Of a stretch of DNA of 64,000 nt, positions 40,010 through 53,865 are shown one piece after another; the first letter of the stretch is position 1, and every line of letters starts with the position of its first letter. The DNA comes from Lama glama (Eukaryota). The stretch is taken from positions 32,366,001 through 32,430,000 of the forward strand of contig CM052816.1 of assembly GCA_028534125.1 (NCBI GenBank), given 5' to 3'. The notes under the pieces are model-generated. The model saw only the letters and a program-made list of their open reading frames with translations. It did not search any database and was not told where the DNA came from. The position numbers and the translations under genes were made by a program.

Positions 40010-42029
40010 CAGAAACTAAATTTTAAAAGAAACTTAAAAAAATTTTTATCATTAGAGTTGATTCTATACGTTTGATTTCTGTTTATTAATCACTGTTTTT
40101 ATTTCTGAAAAGTAGACCTTTATCCCTGAACAGGGATGTCAGGGAGGCACTGACTACGAAATATTTAGAACAGCCAGGAAGTCCACCCTCTGCCGATCTG
40201 TCTGTGTCAATCACGCTCTGTGTTACTGAGCAGATGGGTCTGCTGTGCCTGCGGGCCACGAGAATTGGCATCAGGGGAAGAGAGGAGCGCAGATGCTGCT
40301 GAGACAGTGCACAAAGGGAGGAAGGCCTTGTCCAGACTCCAGAGTTGCTTTTAATTCTCTGGAACACGACAAATTACACGCTACTCATCAAGCCCAGCCA
40401 CTTTAAATGTGTTTAGTGATGAGCAGTTAAGCAGAAGTTTGAAAAACATACAATTAGAAATATTCAGTTAGGGCCAATTTTCTTCAAGGACTTTTGGTCC
40501 AAACAAGCCCTCTCTTTCCTGCTTACATATAAAATGTCTTGTGTCCAAAAATAAAAATTACCATTTGGTCATATTTGATAATGTACAAAAATGTTTCCTA
40601 CACACTTGCTTCTCAACAAGCACCTGGTAACTTACGTAAGGCAGGTGAAGCTCCAAGGAGGTAAAGCAACTTGCCTAAGATCACAATGATAAGAATCTTG
40701 TTCGCTAATACCCAGAGTTCAGTGCTTGCTGGCCACACTACTCTGCACAGCCTCGCAGGGAAAAAAATTACACCACCTTTAGAATAAGGAAATACTCCCA
40801 TACACACCTCACTGTTTAACAGATCAATCAAAGGCTAAAGAATTGGATGTTTGGGAGCAAGGATACATCTAGCCAAGTATTTTCTGGCTTCCTATTCTAA
40901 GATTGACTAGAAAAATCAGACGCTGACAAAGCAAATTCCTAAATTATCATCTTGATCTGTGTCTTTCCACAGAGTCTACCTTTAAGAAATTATGTCAAGT
41001 AAGTTAATATTACTTTCCTTTAGTAAAATATACAGAACCCAGAAACTGAGAATCCTCTAATCTACCTTTTGTGGAGACTAATTTCAAAGCCTTTAATGAT
41101 AACAGAGTCTCCCATTAGCTCAGGATAAATCAATCAGGACTTGCCTATGAGAATATTGGTAACTAGCAAATATTTCATCATTTTTACAGATACTCTTTTG
41201 ACCCAATCTACTGGAGACGTGAAAGCCAGTCTCCTTCAGTAATTATCAAACTATCTCATGAGATGAAAGATTATGTATCTTTGGTTATATAATCTTTCTT
41301 CAACTGTAATATCGGTGTTCTATTCTTGTTGTACATCAAAATTTTTGACAGGATGACATTTATTTAGGATATGAAAGTAACTACATTATAGATTATAGAT
41401 ATTTACATAGAATATTTCATACCATGTTCATCACTTGGATAGAAACCCCAACTTTTTTCTTATAAGAAACCTGTGTATTTGTTTTAAAATAATCATTCCT
41501 GAAATTTTTCTAATTTTTGAACTGGTATATTTTAAGCATGTGGCTCAAATGGACAAGACGTATTTACTGTATTTGTTACTATACATATTATTATACGCAT
41601 TCATTATTATATATTATAAAGTATAGATTTCTAGATCCTGAGGGATGAAAGTTTTTAAATTGGACCACCTACTGTTCATACGAGGAAACCTCATGGAAGT
41701 TATCTGCATTTATATCTAATCATATGAACCCTGTGCTTCCCCTTGGCCTTTAGTGGTCAGTCTGCTCATTCAGAAAGCACATAGTTTGAGAATTCAGAAG
41801 GCCAGGGCTTTGGTCATCCCTCTGCTACCAAGCAGCTTCTCAACCATGGCAGGTCACAAACTCTTTCTGAATTAGGATTTACTCCCATTTAGGCTGAGTA
41901 GGCAGAACTTGAAGAAGTCTAAGGTACATATTTGAGGGTTCTTTATCATCTCACAGGTCACCAGCTCCATCATCTCTAAAACCTGATGCCCAGTCCTATC
42001 CAGAATGCTGGCCCCCAGCAGCTGTGTGT

Positions 42030-42400
42030 GCACTGACCATGGAAAAGCCCAGACATGGCTGAGTGGACTGAAGTGAGCTACCAGCTCAAACTGGGCTGGT
42101 CAGACTCCTCCCACTAGCATTTGGAATTGCCATTCAGAGACAGCCAGTCAGCCCCTGCTTGTGCCTAGGGCTTAACTTGGAACTGTGGAGGTTTCCATCA
42201 TAGACATGGAGAAGCAGAGAGAGCCAGTCGACTGAGAGAAACAAAAATGATGCTGATGTTCAGAGAAACAGTAGTCGCTGAGTTTCCGAGGGTTCTGCAG
42301 TTCTTAGCTTCTATTTCCTTTCTGAGGCACAGCTATGTTCCTGCCCTTGGGGTCTCTAAAGCACCATGTGGCCAATTTTACCAGAGGGAATGAGCCAACA
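42030..42400. mobile_element. Old MaLR LTR fragment (MLT1J/K-like)
   Basis: tgggctggtcagactcctccc..gcatttggaattg ... agagccagtcgactgagaga. Confidence 0.5.
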
Positions 42401-42489
42401 CACATGGAAAGTACAGACTCAGAATGGAGGTAAGAAAGGCCAGAAGAATCTGCTAGGTCTTACCAGTAATAACTTGAACATTAGCACTA

Positions 42490-42660
42490 TACGGTTTAAT
42501 GATACAGTTTCCATTTAGGAAGATGAAAAAGTTTTGGAGATGGATAGTGATGATGGTTGCACAACAACATGAATGTACATAGCACTGCTGAAGTGTACAC
42601 TCAAAAATGGTTAAAATGGTACATCTTATGTTATCTATTTTAGCATAATTTTAATAAAGA
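42490..42660 (+). mobile_element. L1MB-like 3' end
   Basis: gaagatgaaaaagttttggagatggatagtgatgatggttgcacaac ... aaaatggttaaaatggt. Confidence 0.85.
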
Positions 42661-43289
42661 TGATTTTAAAATAACTACTCTTTTGCATACTTAAGGACTG
42701 CGAATGTGTGGGCGTGTGCACATGCAACATTTATAAATAAAAGCCTGGGCTATGGAAATCAATGTTAAAGAACATAACTAATTAGGCTCTGAGTCACCTA
42801 TAAAGATTCATACTGATAAAACCAAAACCAAAATAGTGGGGTCTTTTCTGAAGCCATAGCAATCTTTCAGGTTAGGAGGGCACGCCTGAATTACTGACTC
42901 AGCCAGCTGAATTGTGTGAAGGCAAAACCACTCCTTCACCCAAGAAACTCAAGCACTTTAAAAGGTCGAATGCCCCTTTTTCAAACCAGTGCCTCTCTGC
43001 CCTTCTGTTTTAAGGTGAAATTTTAAAGATAATAGAAAAGTCACAGACAAAAGTCCAAGGCAGGTGCACCCAAAAGCCAAATTCAATACTAAGAGCCACT
43101 CGGTCTTTATCAGCACAAATCTAATCAGGGCTTGCAGAGACTGGGCAATGCACACACACCCATTTCCATATTTCTGGCACTCAAGTGCTAATGTTCATTT
43201 CTGTAGTACTAAAGCCTGTTTCTGCACCCATTTCATAATGGACTTTATATCATTCTCAAATTTTAACAAAGTTAAAATCAAATACCTAC

Positions 43290-43341
43290 TGTTGATCAGT
43301 TCTTTGTGTTCAGCCAGGGTTTTCGCAGGATCCAGCCAATA
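43290..43341 (-). CDS. EPB41L4A: EPB41L4A exon ~3 (52 nt): YWLDPAKTLAEHKELIN(T)
   Basis: ctcacacag|TAT...AAC A|gtaggt; WLD motif. Confidence 0.95.
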
Positions 43342-43799
43342 CTGTGTGAGGAAGCAAAGAGATTAGCTGCTTTTCATTGGCCTTCACTTCAAGAATATTT
43401 GTGAAGTGCTATTTTTTAAATGACATTTAAATAATAAAGCATTTAATTCATTATATATACACACAAACATACATAAGCACTTTCTGCAGTTAGAACAGTA
43501 AAAGAAAAGAAAAAAGATGTCAATGTTCAGAGAGAAGCAAAGAAGAGAAACAGTATTTGGGGGTTCTTAGTTGAATTCTCATACTGGTTGTAAGAGAGTG
43601 AGATTCTTACTGCCTTTGGTGGATGGGAAGACAGTGGCCCAAATCTCTTTTCAGAGTCCCCATAACAACTCCCCTACAGACATGTCTCCCCCTAAAATGT
43701 CTTCACTCTCTTCACTTCCAGTCCCATCCCCTACAGATATCACTGCAAGATGTGAGGAAGAAAGCCATCAAATTAAATCAAACCCTCATTAAGTATCCA

Positions 43800-44020
43800 G
43801 GAGAGGCGGCTCAGCACAGTGGCTGAGGGTCCGAGTCCCAGAGCAGACCCAGCTGGATTCTGTCCTGGCTCGCCCCTCATCATCACCGCGTAACCTGGAC
43901 AAGTCACTGGACATCTCTGAACCTTCCTCATAGGCTTTCTATGAGGATTAAATCAATTAAATCATGCAAAGTCTTCAAAATAGCCCCGGCTCACACTAAC
44001 TATGCAACACATGCTAGTGA
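43800..44020 (+). mobile_element. MIR SINE
   Basis: cagcacagtggctgaggg ... taacctggacaagtcact ... tatgaggattaaat. Confidence 0.75.
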
Positions 44021-47000
44021 TGGTGATTATTAAGGTGTGATGGTGATTCTTAATAAGTGCCATTAGCCAGTCTAAGATACTTGCTTATTAAGTCAAAGGA
44101 ATCTTCAATGAACACAATTCCAGTGATGGGAGAATCTGGCGCCCTGTGGAGAGCCTCTCCTTTAAATCTCACCTTTGTGAAGTATCATCACTGAAAGAAA
44201 AAGAAGCCTTCTGCCTCATGTCCCTCTGGGGAAGAGCAGGAGAGGAGCACACCAAGCACCAAGGGGCATCGAGGGCTCCACACAGTGGAAGGGATCCAGT
44301 CAGTGCCTACAAAGTCAGGGGAGGGCAAGGTGGAACATTTTCCCCCATTGTCCTTGTCAAATGTTGGCGATCCCAAAGGCCTAGCTAACCAGTTTCCATT
44401 TTCTCATGTTCCTGGATGAAGAAGGGGCAATTTCACATCAGGGAAGTAAGAGTTCATCCACCTTGAGCCACTTCGTTCCCAGAACTCTTGTGTTTGCCTC
44501 GGTGAAAACATTCACACTCCTGACAACACTGGACCAAGAATCACAAAAGGAGTCTAAGAGAACCTTCCTGCCCAGGCCCCTCTTCCCTGGCCCTCTGCTC
44601 GGGCCAGAAATGCTTGCTCTGCTATATAAGAGTAGCAATAATTATAAACAGTAATTATAATATTTCATATAACCTCCTTACCTTTTATTGCTAATTATAT
44701 ATAACAAAAAGTATTCACCCTAAATTAATGTCATCATCATTTTACTATAATATTTTATTACAATATTTAACTCTATTCGTGTATACATAATCTTCACTGT
44801 TGGCCACTCAGAGCAGTTTCAGTTTTTCCAACTTTTTCAAAAGGTAAGCAAAATAAACGTATAGCAACTCATAACACAATGTCTATTATTCTGCTCCTTA
44901 TCAGGTCTCAATACTTGAAGGTCTGGAAACACTGGCTTTTACAATAAAAAAGGTATTTGAAGAAGAGGCCATAATCAGTGAACTGCTTTTGGAGCCCACA
45001 ATGACTAAAGATGTGGCTTTGGTGTTAAAATAAATGGTCCAAAGGGAAACACTGATTCATCCAATAGAGTAAAATCAATCCAAATGGTAAGCTGTGTGTT
45101 GGACGCAGAGCAGAGCCTTCCCTCTAGGTATTTAAAGCCGTGGATGCCTCACATGAAATGGAAACACTAGGTGGGTGGACTGTTTCTTGCCATTCATGTT
45201 AAACAAAAAGGTTTGACTATCCCTGGATTTTTCAAAGAAGATGAAACCAAGGAAAACACACTCAACCATAAACACTTGTATCAGGTTTCTATCGCGGCCG
45301 CGCCGTAAGAAGTCATCACAAACGCAGAGGTTTATGACACCACCTACTTAAGATCTCCAACTTCTGGAGGTCAGTCGGTTTCTTTGCTCCAGGCTTCACG
45401 AGGCCAGAATCAAGACGTCAGCCGGCTGAGGTCCTGGAGGGGTATTTGGCAAGGAGACCGTGCCCACAAGAGCACTTTTGGGAGGAGACTTGGAGTTGGG
45501 CCATGACAGACATCTCCAGATGTCAAGGCACACATAATACCAGACCTTAATTTTAGGCCTTACCGCACAGTAAGTGCTTGGGGCAAGAAAGGAGGGCAGG
45601 AAGGAGGCCTCTGGTTTTACTACTCTGTCCAATCTCATCTCAAAACTAGTGAAAAACAGAAAATGGAAGAGTTTCTTAATCTCTCCTTCTAACATCATCA
45701 TCCCCCCAAAACAAACTTCACAAACGTCCTCTTCAAACCAAATCATTGTTTGTTGGTTGGTTGGTTTTCCCCTCCAGAATGCTCCTCAGTCATTAAAAAG
45801 CCAGGTAAAGAAAACAGGCAGGAAACTTTAAATGAAATAGGAAAGACTGTTAAAAATTGTCACATTAATGATAGTCCATACACTTTAAAAAATAAATCTT
45901 TTCTTGAGAGCAGATTTGTGAGGTGAAAAAGTATAATGAAGGTTCTGAGATGAGTTAGAAATTACAATTTTGCAGCAAGCAAGGATCAAGACTCAGCCAA
46001 AGGTTGCTCACGGCACATTAGATACACTAAGTATCCACCCAGCACTCACCACACATGAATCTCTGATCCAAATGGAAACCAGGGGTTATAGAGGTCAGAC
46101 AATGATAAATGCCCCCAGAACATAAATAATTAACATGAGCTACCAGGTTCCATAAGCTAGCATCTCAAAATGTAAAACCCACTTACACTCAACCAAGGGA
46201 AAGAAATAACCTTGGAACCAAAGCAGCCATATTATGACAGCACTTGTCACCACACATTATCAACAAGCGATCAAATGTAGCGCATGACTGATCACCATGA
46301 AACACATCAGGCAGCTGCTCCATAACCAATGAGAGAAAAGGGTACAGAATTTGCCAATGAACACAGCATCCTCATTTTAGTTTTAGGGTCTACATTCAGA
46401 ATGTAGGCTCTAAAACTGGGATATCATTCACTCATTCATTCATTCATTCATTCATCATTTATGGAATACCCACTACATATGTTCTTTATATGTCATCTCA
46501 GACTTGTCCTGGAGACTGCTGTAAAACAAACGTGAATGCGACCTTCTCCCCAACCTTGGGGCACTTACAGCCGAGCAGATACAGACACAGAATTACAGTA
46601 CAATGAGGTGAGATAATAATGTGTACAAGACGAATACTTAGGAGCTAATGAAATAATGTAAAAAGAAAATGAGCTCTGCAGGGTAAGTACAGGAAGGCAC
46701 CACCAAAAAGAAAGCCTGTGCTCACAAATAAAAACTTTCCCAAAACACAAAAATGGAGAACAGGGTCCTAAGATTCTATAAACATGGTATCTATCAATCA
46801 GCTCAACTAGTCTTAAAGCAAATCGGTCCATTTTTAAGGGACAACATAGAATGTAATCCTCCAAGTCCTTTAGAGCTGAGGACTTACTGAAATCAGTGCT
46901 GCCTGATAGCTAATAACTATGCAGATAAGAAATCAATGTTCATGAAAGACTTCCAGGAAAATAAGTGGCCCATTCAGTCTTTCTGTCTGTGCCGGGTGGA

Positions 47001-48469
47001 AGGGAAAGAGAATAAGACAGGGCTGAGCAAGGGTTCATGGCAGTGCTGGGCTATAGGACAGCTTCCCTGACCTGCACTTGCCCACCTAGACAGTCACAAG
47101 GAGAGACAGCCTCATCTCTCTCATTCTGTAGGAAAATCTTTCCATCAATCACTCTCCCCCCTCCCTTCTTCCACTTGCTCGCTCCTATTTCAAACCTATG
47201 TCCTATAGTTTTGTATATCCTCACAAGCTGAATTAGATCCTATTTTGCAGGAAGGTAAGATGACAGCTAACCAAAAGAGACCCTGCTCTCTCCTCCTGAT
47301 TTCTACAGTGGGCGTCCGAACACAGGATGATGTTAGCAGACTGCAACTCCAATACCCAATCACTAAGGAATGAAGATGACAGCCCTCCTTGTCAATGACT
47401 CTTTGCCAGGGTACAAGAATCCAGCAGTTAGGTGGCCTTACCTTTTCAGTCCTGTCAGTCTTAATAATGGCATTTATGCAATACAAAGAGAAATGACAGA
47501 AAGGCCCAAGTTCCTTCTTACTCTCTGACAGTCTTGGCTAAATGCCCTGAATGCCTTTCCTCCACTGATCATGTCTCAATTTCATCAGTGTCTTAGGTAA
47601 CAGCCTCAGAATTAGGTTTAAAAACTCTAACACTGTCCAGTAAATCAATATCCTAACCTTCAAAAGATATATACTAAATTCAGGGTCCAACCTTTCATTT
47701 CACAACTGTTCTTCTGGAGTCTCTGAGAGCTCTAATAGAAGAATAAGCCTAAACATTTTTAGGTAAAGCATGAACAGTATGAAATTTAAAAGCTTTGCTG
47801 CATCTTACTTCATGCTGGGCATAATGCTGATTCTCCTTTGGAGAATCTAAGAATGCCACGATGATTACTTAATAACATCTGGAGATCAAGAAAGGCTTTA
47901 AAAGCACACAGTCTTCATCAATGTAACAAAATAACTTCTTGATCTAAGGGAGTATAAAGAGTTGACTATCTATAAGTGACAATGGAGCCACAAAGATCTC
48001 AAAAAAGGATACTATAAATCATTCCCAGGGAGTTCTAGGACTGGACATAATTTGCACATATGTTCCTAGAAATTCAGGACTATGGTGATAGCTATTTATG
48101 CTTTTTCCATGCTCATTTCTCAAGACCCCTGTACAGACAGATCTCAGGCCCTCTAAGCAACATTCACATGACGTGGTTTTAATTTGCTCCTTAGTATAAA
48201 TGACAGAAGCCTTAGGATCTCAGGTAAAACCACCATAACAAAGCTAACTTATGGCAGGGATAGAAACCAGGGCTTGTCATTAGGCTATCAGTGTGGGAAT
48301 TATATGGGGAGTGGCTCATAACTGGGCACATTTATCAACAAAAGTGGATTTCAATGAATCACTGTTGGACCACCTGGCCCCTCAAGAAGAGTCACTGGCC
48401 CCAGGGACTGTTTCTCAGTTCTCTCCAATGGACCCTAGCACCATCTAAGACTTAGAGAAGTAACAACAA

Positions 48470-48660
48470 TAACAGCTAACATTTATTAAATGTACCAGGC
48501 ACTGCTAAAGACTTGACATGTGTTCATTCATTTATTCCTCTTAATAACTCAATGGATTAGGAACTACTTTAATTACCATTTTACAAATGAGGAAGCTGAA
48601 GCACTGATTAAACAACTTGCCCAAAAGTACAGAACAGCAGATCCAAGGAACTGAACCCCC
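48470..48660 (-). mobile_element. MIR SINE
   Basis: ccattttacaaatgaggaagctgaagcac ... aacttgcccaaa. Confidence 0.8.
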
Positions 48661-48689
48661 TTCCATCTTTGTTGGAATCAAGCCACTCT

Positions 48690-50345
48690 CGAGAATATTG
48701 TCTGAATAGGAATGGATAACCTCAATTTCAAGATTCTTATACTCAACTACCAAGTCTTCATTTCCCAGCTCACTCCTTCTAATATTCTGATTCCACCAGG
48801 ATACACAATTCAGAGATCCTACTGCCTTCTTCACTGTCTCTCCTCCCTGCCCTGACCCATGCAGTCTTCACTTTGCTTATCATCCATTGTCTCCTTTCAC
48901 TCACAGCTATCCTCAGTTCCCTTGGACAATCTTCCCACCATAACATCCACTGGAGGAAAAAATGAAACCCCACCAACTCTCTGCCTTCTCTATGCCAGTA
49001 CCTGAGAGGCTGACCATTACTGGAGACTCAAACTGCACAGCCACAGATGGGCTCGCTTTCAAGTCCTGACTAATAACCTGAGGGAATCCTTGGTACCACC
49101 CAGAATCCTACCACATTTTTATTCTTTCACTTTCCTGGATAACTTCATCACACTTTCTCCTCCCCGCCATCTTGCTATTTCACTGAGGAAACTGAAGCAA
49201 TCAGGAGAAAACAGGTACGCATTCTCACATCTCCCAACCTGCCCACATCTGTGCTGCTGTCCTATTACCATCTTCTCTCCTATTACTAGGGATGAACACC
49301 CATGCTCCACTTAAGCCCATCCCTCCCCATCTAGTCAGGAGCATGGTTCCAGCAATGTTCTGCTCTTTCCTGCACCATCAATTTTCCCTTTCCACAAAAT
49401 TATTCCTGGCAGAAGACAAGCTTTAATTTCCTTCATATTAAAACATACACACACACAAACTTTTTGACCCCTATTTCTGCCCATTTTACTTCTGTACTTT
49501 AAAACAAATACCCGGAAAAAAATTCTATAGTCTGTTTCTTCTCACCTCAATCAAGGTCGCTTTAGAACTCACTCTAGTACCTACTACAAAGACCTCCAGT
49601 AGTTGTTAAATCTAATGACAGATACAGAGTCTTTACCTGTTTTCATGAAATACATTTGTCATGTGGTTTCTAGGACACCACTTCCTCTGGCTTCTCCTTC
49701 TACCTCGCTGGCCACACCTTCACAATCTCCTTTGTGGGCTGCTCCTGTGTCCCTAACCAAGAAAGGCTAGACTGCCCTCGGCTCACACTTTCTATCAAGG
49801 CTCCTGGCTTTAAATGCCATCTACATATGACAACTTCCAAATGCATAGGCAGACCAGAACTGTTCCCTGAAGCCAACTGCCCCCTTGACATATCCACTTA
49901 CATGCCTTCTAGAATCTTAAACTTTACATGTTCAAAAGGGAATGATGATTCTACTCCCTCCCTGAAAAGCCTGTTCTCCTGAAGTCTTCCCCATTTCCGT
50001 ACATCGTACAAAACTATTCCATTGGCTCCAGTCAAAAACCTCTTTCCCGCCTATCTGTTCTAACCATCTGCAAACCTGTTTGCTAATGTTAAAAATGTAA
50101 ACAGAATCTGACAAATTCTCACCACTCCCAGGTCCAAAGAGTCATCACCATTCACCTGGATTTCTTAAGCCACTCCTTTAATGGTATCTCTGCGTCTATA
50201 TTTGCATTTAGAGGAATGCTTTCAAAACATAGATCAGATCAGTTCACTCTACTTTTCAACATCCTCCAGGGGTTTCCCTTCTTACTCAAACTGAAATTCA
50301 AAGTCTTTATGATGGTCTATAAGGCCCTACATGATCCGGCCTGTT
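48690..50345 (+). mobile_element. Fragmented L2
   Basis: cacttcctctggcttctccttctacctcgctggcc; tggctttaaatgccatctacatatga; tataaggccctacatgatcc. Confidence 0.7.
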
Positions 50346-50369
50346 CCCTTCACTCTCCATTGTGTGCTC

Positions 50370-52130
50370 TGAGGATGAGGCAAGCAGGAAGGACCTTAAG
50401 GACAGTGTTAGTGGAAGCCTCAGGGCCCTCAACGGGTCCTAAAGGAAAGCAAAGGGAAAGCTGTTGGAAGCAGGAAAAAAGAAGATCTGACTCAGCAGAG
50501 GCAGAAAGTTGAGTAATGCCACTGCCTGTGGCAGCATGGAAAATAAAAGATGCACCTAGTGAACTGGATGATCCGGATAAGGAAATTTCCAGGTGGACTG
50601 TTCAAAGTGTCTGGCTTCTTTGCCCCCTATAAAGAAATCTAAGAGGAGAGAGATAAGCTGAAAAAGAACTGTGAAAGATAAAGGATCCAGGACTTACTAG
50701 GTTTGAAAATAAAACTCTCTCATCCCTAGACTCATCAGAAGGCAAATGATGCCACAATTAATAAATGGCTCCTGGGCAAAGCCTGAATCCAGAGTGCTGT
50801 CAGGAAACTATGAATGCAAGTGTAAAACTTTATTTAAAGTCTGCAAAAAGATCTAATATGATGGCCCAGACCTTTTCAAACTAAGGGCATTGTTTCCCAA
50901 AAGTTTTACAAGGCACCTAAGGCACAGGAGAGCTTTTTTCGAAGTGATTTGTGGGTGTTGCCTTTGTCTAACAGAGTTGATTACAAATTGATTCATAAGA
51001 AATCCACAAAGTTCTTTAAAGAATTTATATCAGCTTAAGCTGAAAGGGACAGAGATCCTACACACTGAAAAGAGGCCCTTGGACTCCAATCTTCATCAGG
51101 CAAAAAGCAGGCTGAAAATACCACTCAGAGGCAAACATACATTACAATTTTTTAAACTGTTTTTTTATTGAGTAATAGTCATTTTACAATGTTGTGTTAC
51201 TTTTTATAAAAAGGGAAGGAAAACTCAGAGAACAGACCCAAAAGCCAGAGGGCAGAGCCAATTATCACAAGTAGTAAGACCAAGCTCTAATCAAAGAAAT
51301 GGCTCCATATGCCTGGCTAGCTTTCGGAACTGTTATGGCCTCGTGACTGCTATGTGCCTCCCGTTTTCCCTCTTTCTAAATACAACTGTCTGTACCAGTT
51401 ATCCTGTCCTATGTGTATGTGTAGGTGGGGGACATGGATATATCTTTCTTATCCTCTTAATTCACAGGTCTTCAGATCAAGAGGAACTATGTTCAAGGGA
51501 CTGAACTTGAAGAACAAGATTCTGACTAGATGAGCTCTTGGATCTTAAGTCTGAGTCCAATGCCGTAACAAATGACATTTGGGGAGGTGCATTTTATATG
51601 TAGGAAGAAGAGAAACAATTTTTGGTGAGCAGATAGATTCTCATGTTTTAAATCATATCTGCAAATTAGTTGACACTCCTCCCATCAAATGGGATAACCT
51701 AATCTCTCTTTCCTTTTAATGGAGGCTGGACTTCACACCAAGAGAATACAGCAAACGTAATACTCTCTGACTTCTGAGGCTTAGTCATGAAAGGTGATAC
51801 TGAGTTTGCCCCTCCCACTCTCCTTATCTTCTGGATACTTGCCCTGGGAATCCAACCTCTACCATGTGAGGAAATCAAGCAACAACATGTCAAGTTCACA
51901 CGCAGGTGTTCCACCACCAGCCGAGCCTGAGCCAGTGCCAACATCCACCACCAGACACATGGTCAAGATTTCAGATAACTCTAGCCTCCAGCCTTTGAGC
52001 CTCTCCAGCTGAGACTAAGTGACACTAAGCCCTGTCCCCAGTGCAGGTTAATGGGTAAAATCTGAGTTGCTGTAATTTAAAGTCACTAATTTTGAGGTGG
52101 CTTGTTATACAGTCATGAATAACAGGAACT
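50370..52130 (+). mobile_element. MaLR relic: MLT1 internal region plus 3' LTR (~51630-52130)
   Basis: ggcagaaagttgagtaatgcc ... ggaaatttccagg (internal); purine tract before the LTR; LTR end ctaattttgaggtggcttgttatacag. Confidence 0.7.
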
Positions 52131-53279
52131 CTTGCCAGTTCATCAAGATCTCTTTGATCTTCACTCTTGCATTCAACATGCTTGCTGTTCCACCTGTGCT
52201 TAAGTCATCTATGAACCTGGAAAGCATGCCCTAAGCCCTCTATAGCCTCATCCCAGGTACTGACACCAACATTGTAAGCCCTGGGATATACCTACAGACT
52301 TCCCCCTAAGGTGATATCATTCAAAAATCAGTTCTCTCTGCTGAAGTCTTAATCAACTAAACTATCTTTCAATTTTACCATCTTTTTCTTTCATTTAATC
52401 CACAAATATACAAACTTTTCTGTATATCTTTCTGATTTCCAAATATACAAGTTTTACTACAAATAAAGACATCAGACATGAGTTGTTTTTTTGGTTGGTT
52501 GTGGAACCATATTAGATTATAGGGACCAACTATTATATCTCCTGGGAGCCCACAGACCATCTCTTCAACATGCCTTCCTGCCACGTCATGACTTATCTCC
52601 AGTAGGGCTGCTCCACAACTGCATCTAACAGGCTGAGCCTCATCTCTTAGGGACCAGGTTATCTAATAACCAGTGAGTGGGGATTGCTTTCTGAAATAAA
52701 AATAAGCAGGGTATTAGAGATGACAGATTCTACAAGAAAAGTCCTGAATCCTGTAAGTGGACTTTAAGATATCAATTTTGTGCTGCTCAAGAGATTTCAG
52801 TTTTTCTTTAGTAAGTTTTTTCTACATTTTGGATAACTGAAGTTGCTAACTACATGCTTCCAATAACTGGATAGGTGAGGCATCACTAGATTATGGGATC
52901 ATTTCATCTTGACATAAAATCCTGAATGTGACATACTCTGAAACTGAATTGAAATCCATAGGTGGTTGGACTAGGGTTTGTTTAAACTCTGTTCTAGTAA
53001 CTGAACATAAACATGGCTTTAAGCAACCATGTAATCTGACACAAAGCAGCCAAGCCAACCCAAGTTATGAAGTAAGTAGGACCTGGACCCCTTGCTCAGC
53101 ACCACTACACACAGATTTGCCAAAGTCTAGAGGGTCCAAATTACAAGGTTAGCACAGATGTACATGGCAGGCCTGCCCCTCTTCTTCTGCATTAATAGTC
53201 TATTTCTGCATAAATGACCTTAAAAACCTTAAAAGTCTCATGACTCTAAAAATCTAGGTACTGTTAAGTGTGACTCTAG

Positions 53280-53865
53280 CCTCTTAGGAGCCCAACTACT
53301 GGCCTAACATCTCCACTTGGATGTCCACTGGGCATCTGAATCTTCACCTGTCCAAGACAGAACTACTGACTCCCAAAATTCAGCCCCTCAGATCTACCAC
53401 TTCTCAGTTTAAACTTCCAACAGATTCCCATACAGCTAGCCTACCACAGGCTGCAGGACCCTGCCTACCAGCCACTTTGTCGCCCTCTTTCTCAGTACTA
53501 TCAGCATCACTAGTCTTTTTTTCGGTTCTAGAGCACTTCCTATTTGTCCCTGCCTTGGGCCGCTGGCCAGTGGTTCCTTCTGCCTGCCATGCCCCTCCGT
53601 TCCTGCCATTCAAGTCTCAGTTTAAATGTTGTCTCAAAGAGGCTTTCCCCTACCACTCACCAGAAGCAGTCTCCCAGTCACTCTGGCACATCTTATATTA
53701 TTTCCAAAGCACTCATCACTACCTGATATTTGAACACACATTTATAATCTGTCTGTCCTCTAGAATGTAAAGTCCTTGAGAACAGAGACCTGGCCTCTTG
53801 CTGCCCACTGGGCTCTAGTTGCTGAGATTCAGTAGACACTCAGTATTTGCTGCCTGATTGAATGG
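53280..53865 (+). mobile_element. L2 3' end
   Basis: catctccacttggatgtcc ... tagaatgtaaagtccttgagaacagagacc ... tgattgaatg. Confidence 0.8.

Noticed and set aside
53321..53770. 149-aa plus-strand ORF
   Set aside because: Falls within an L2 3' end.
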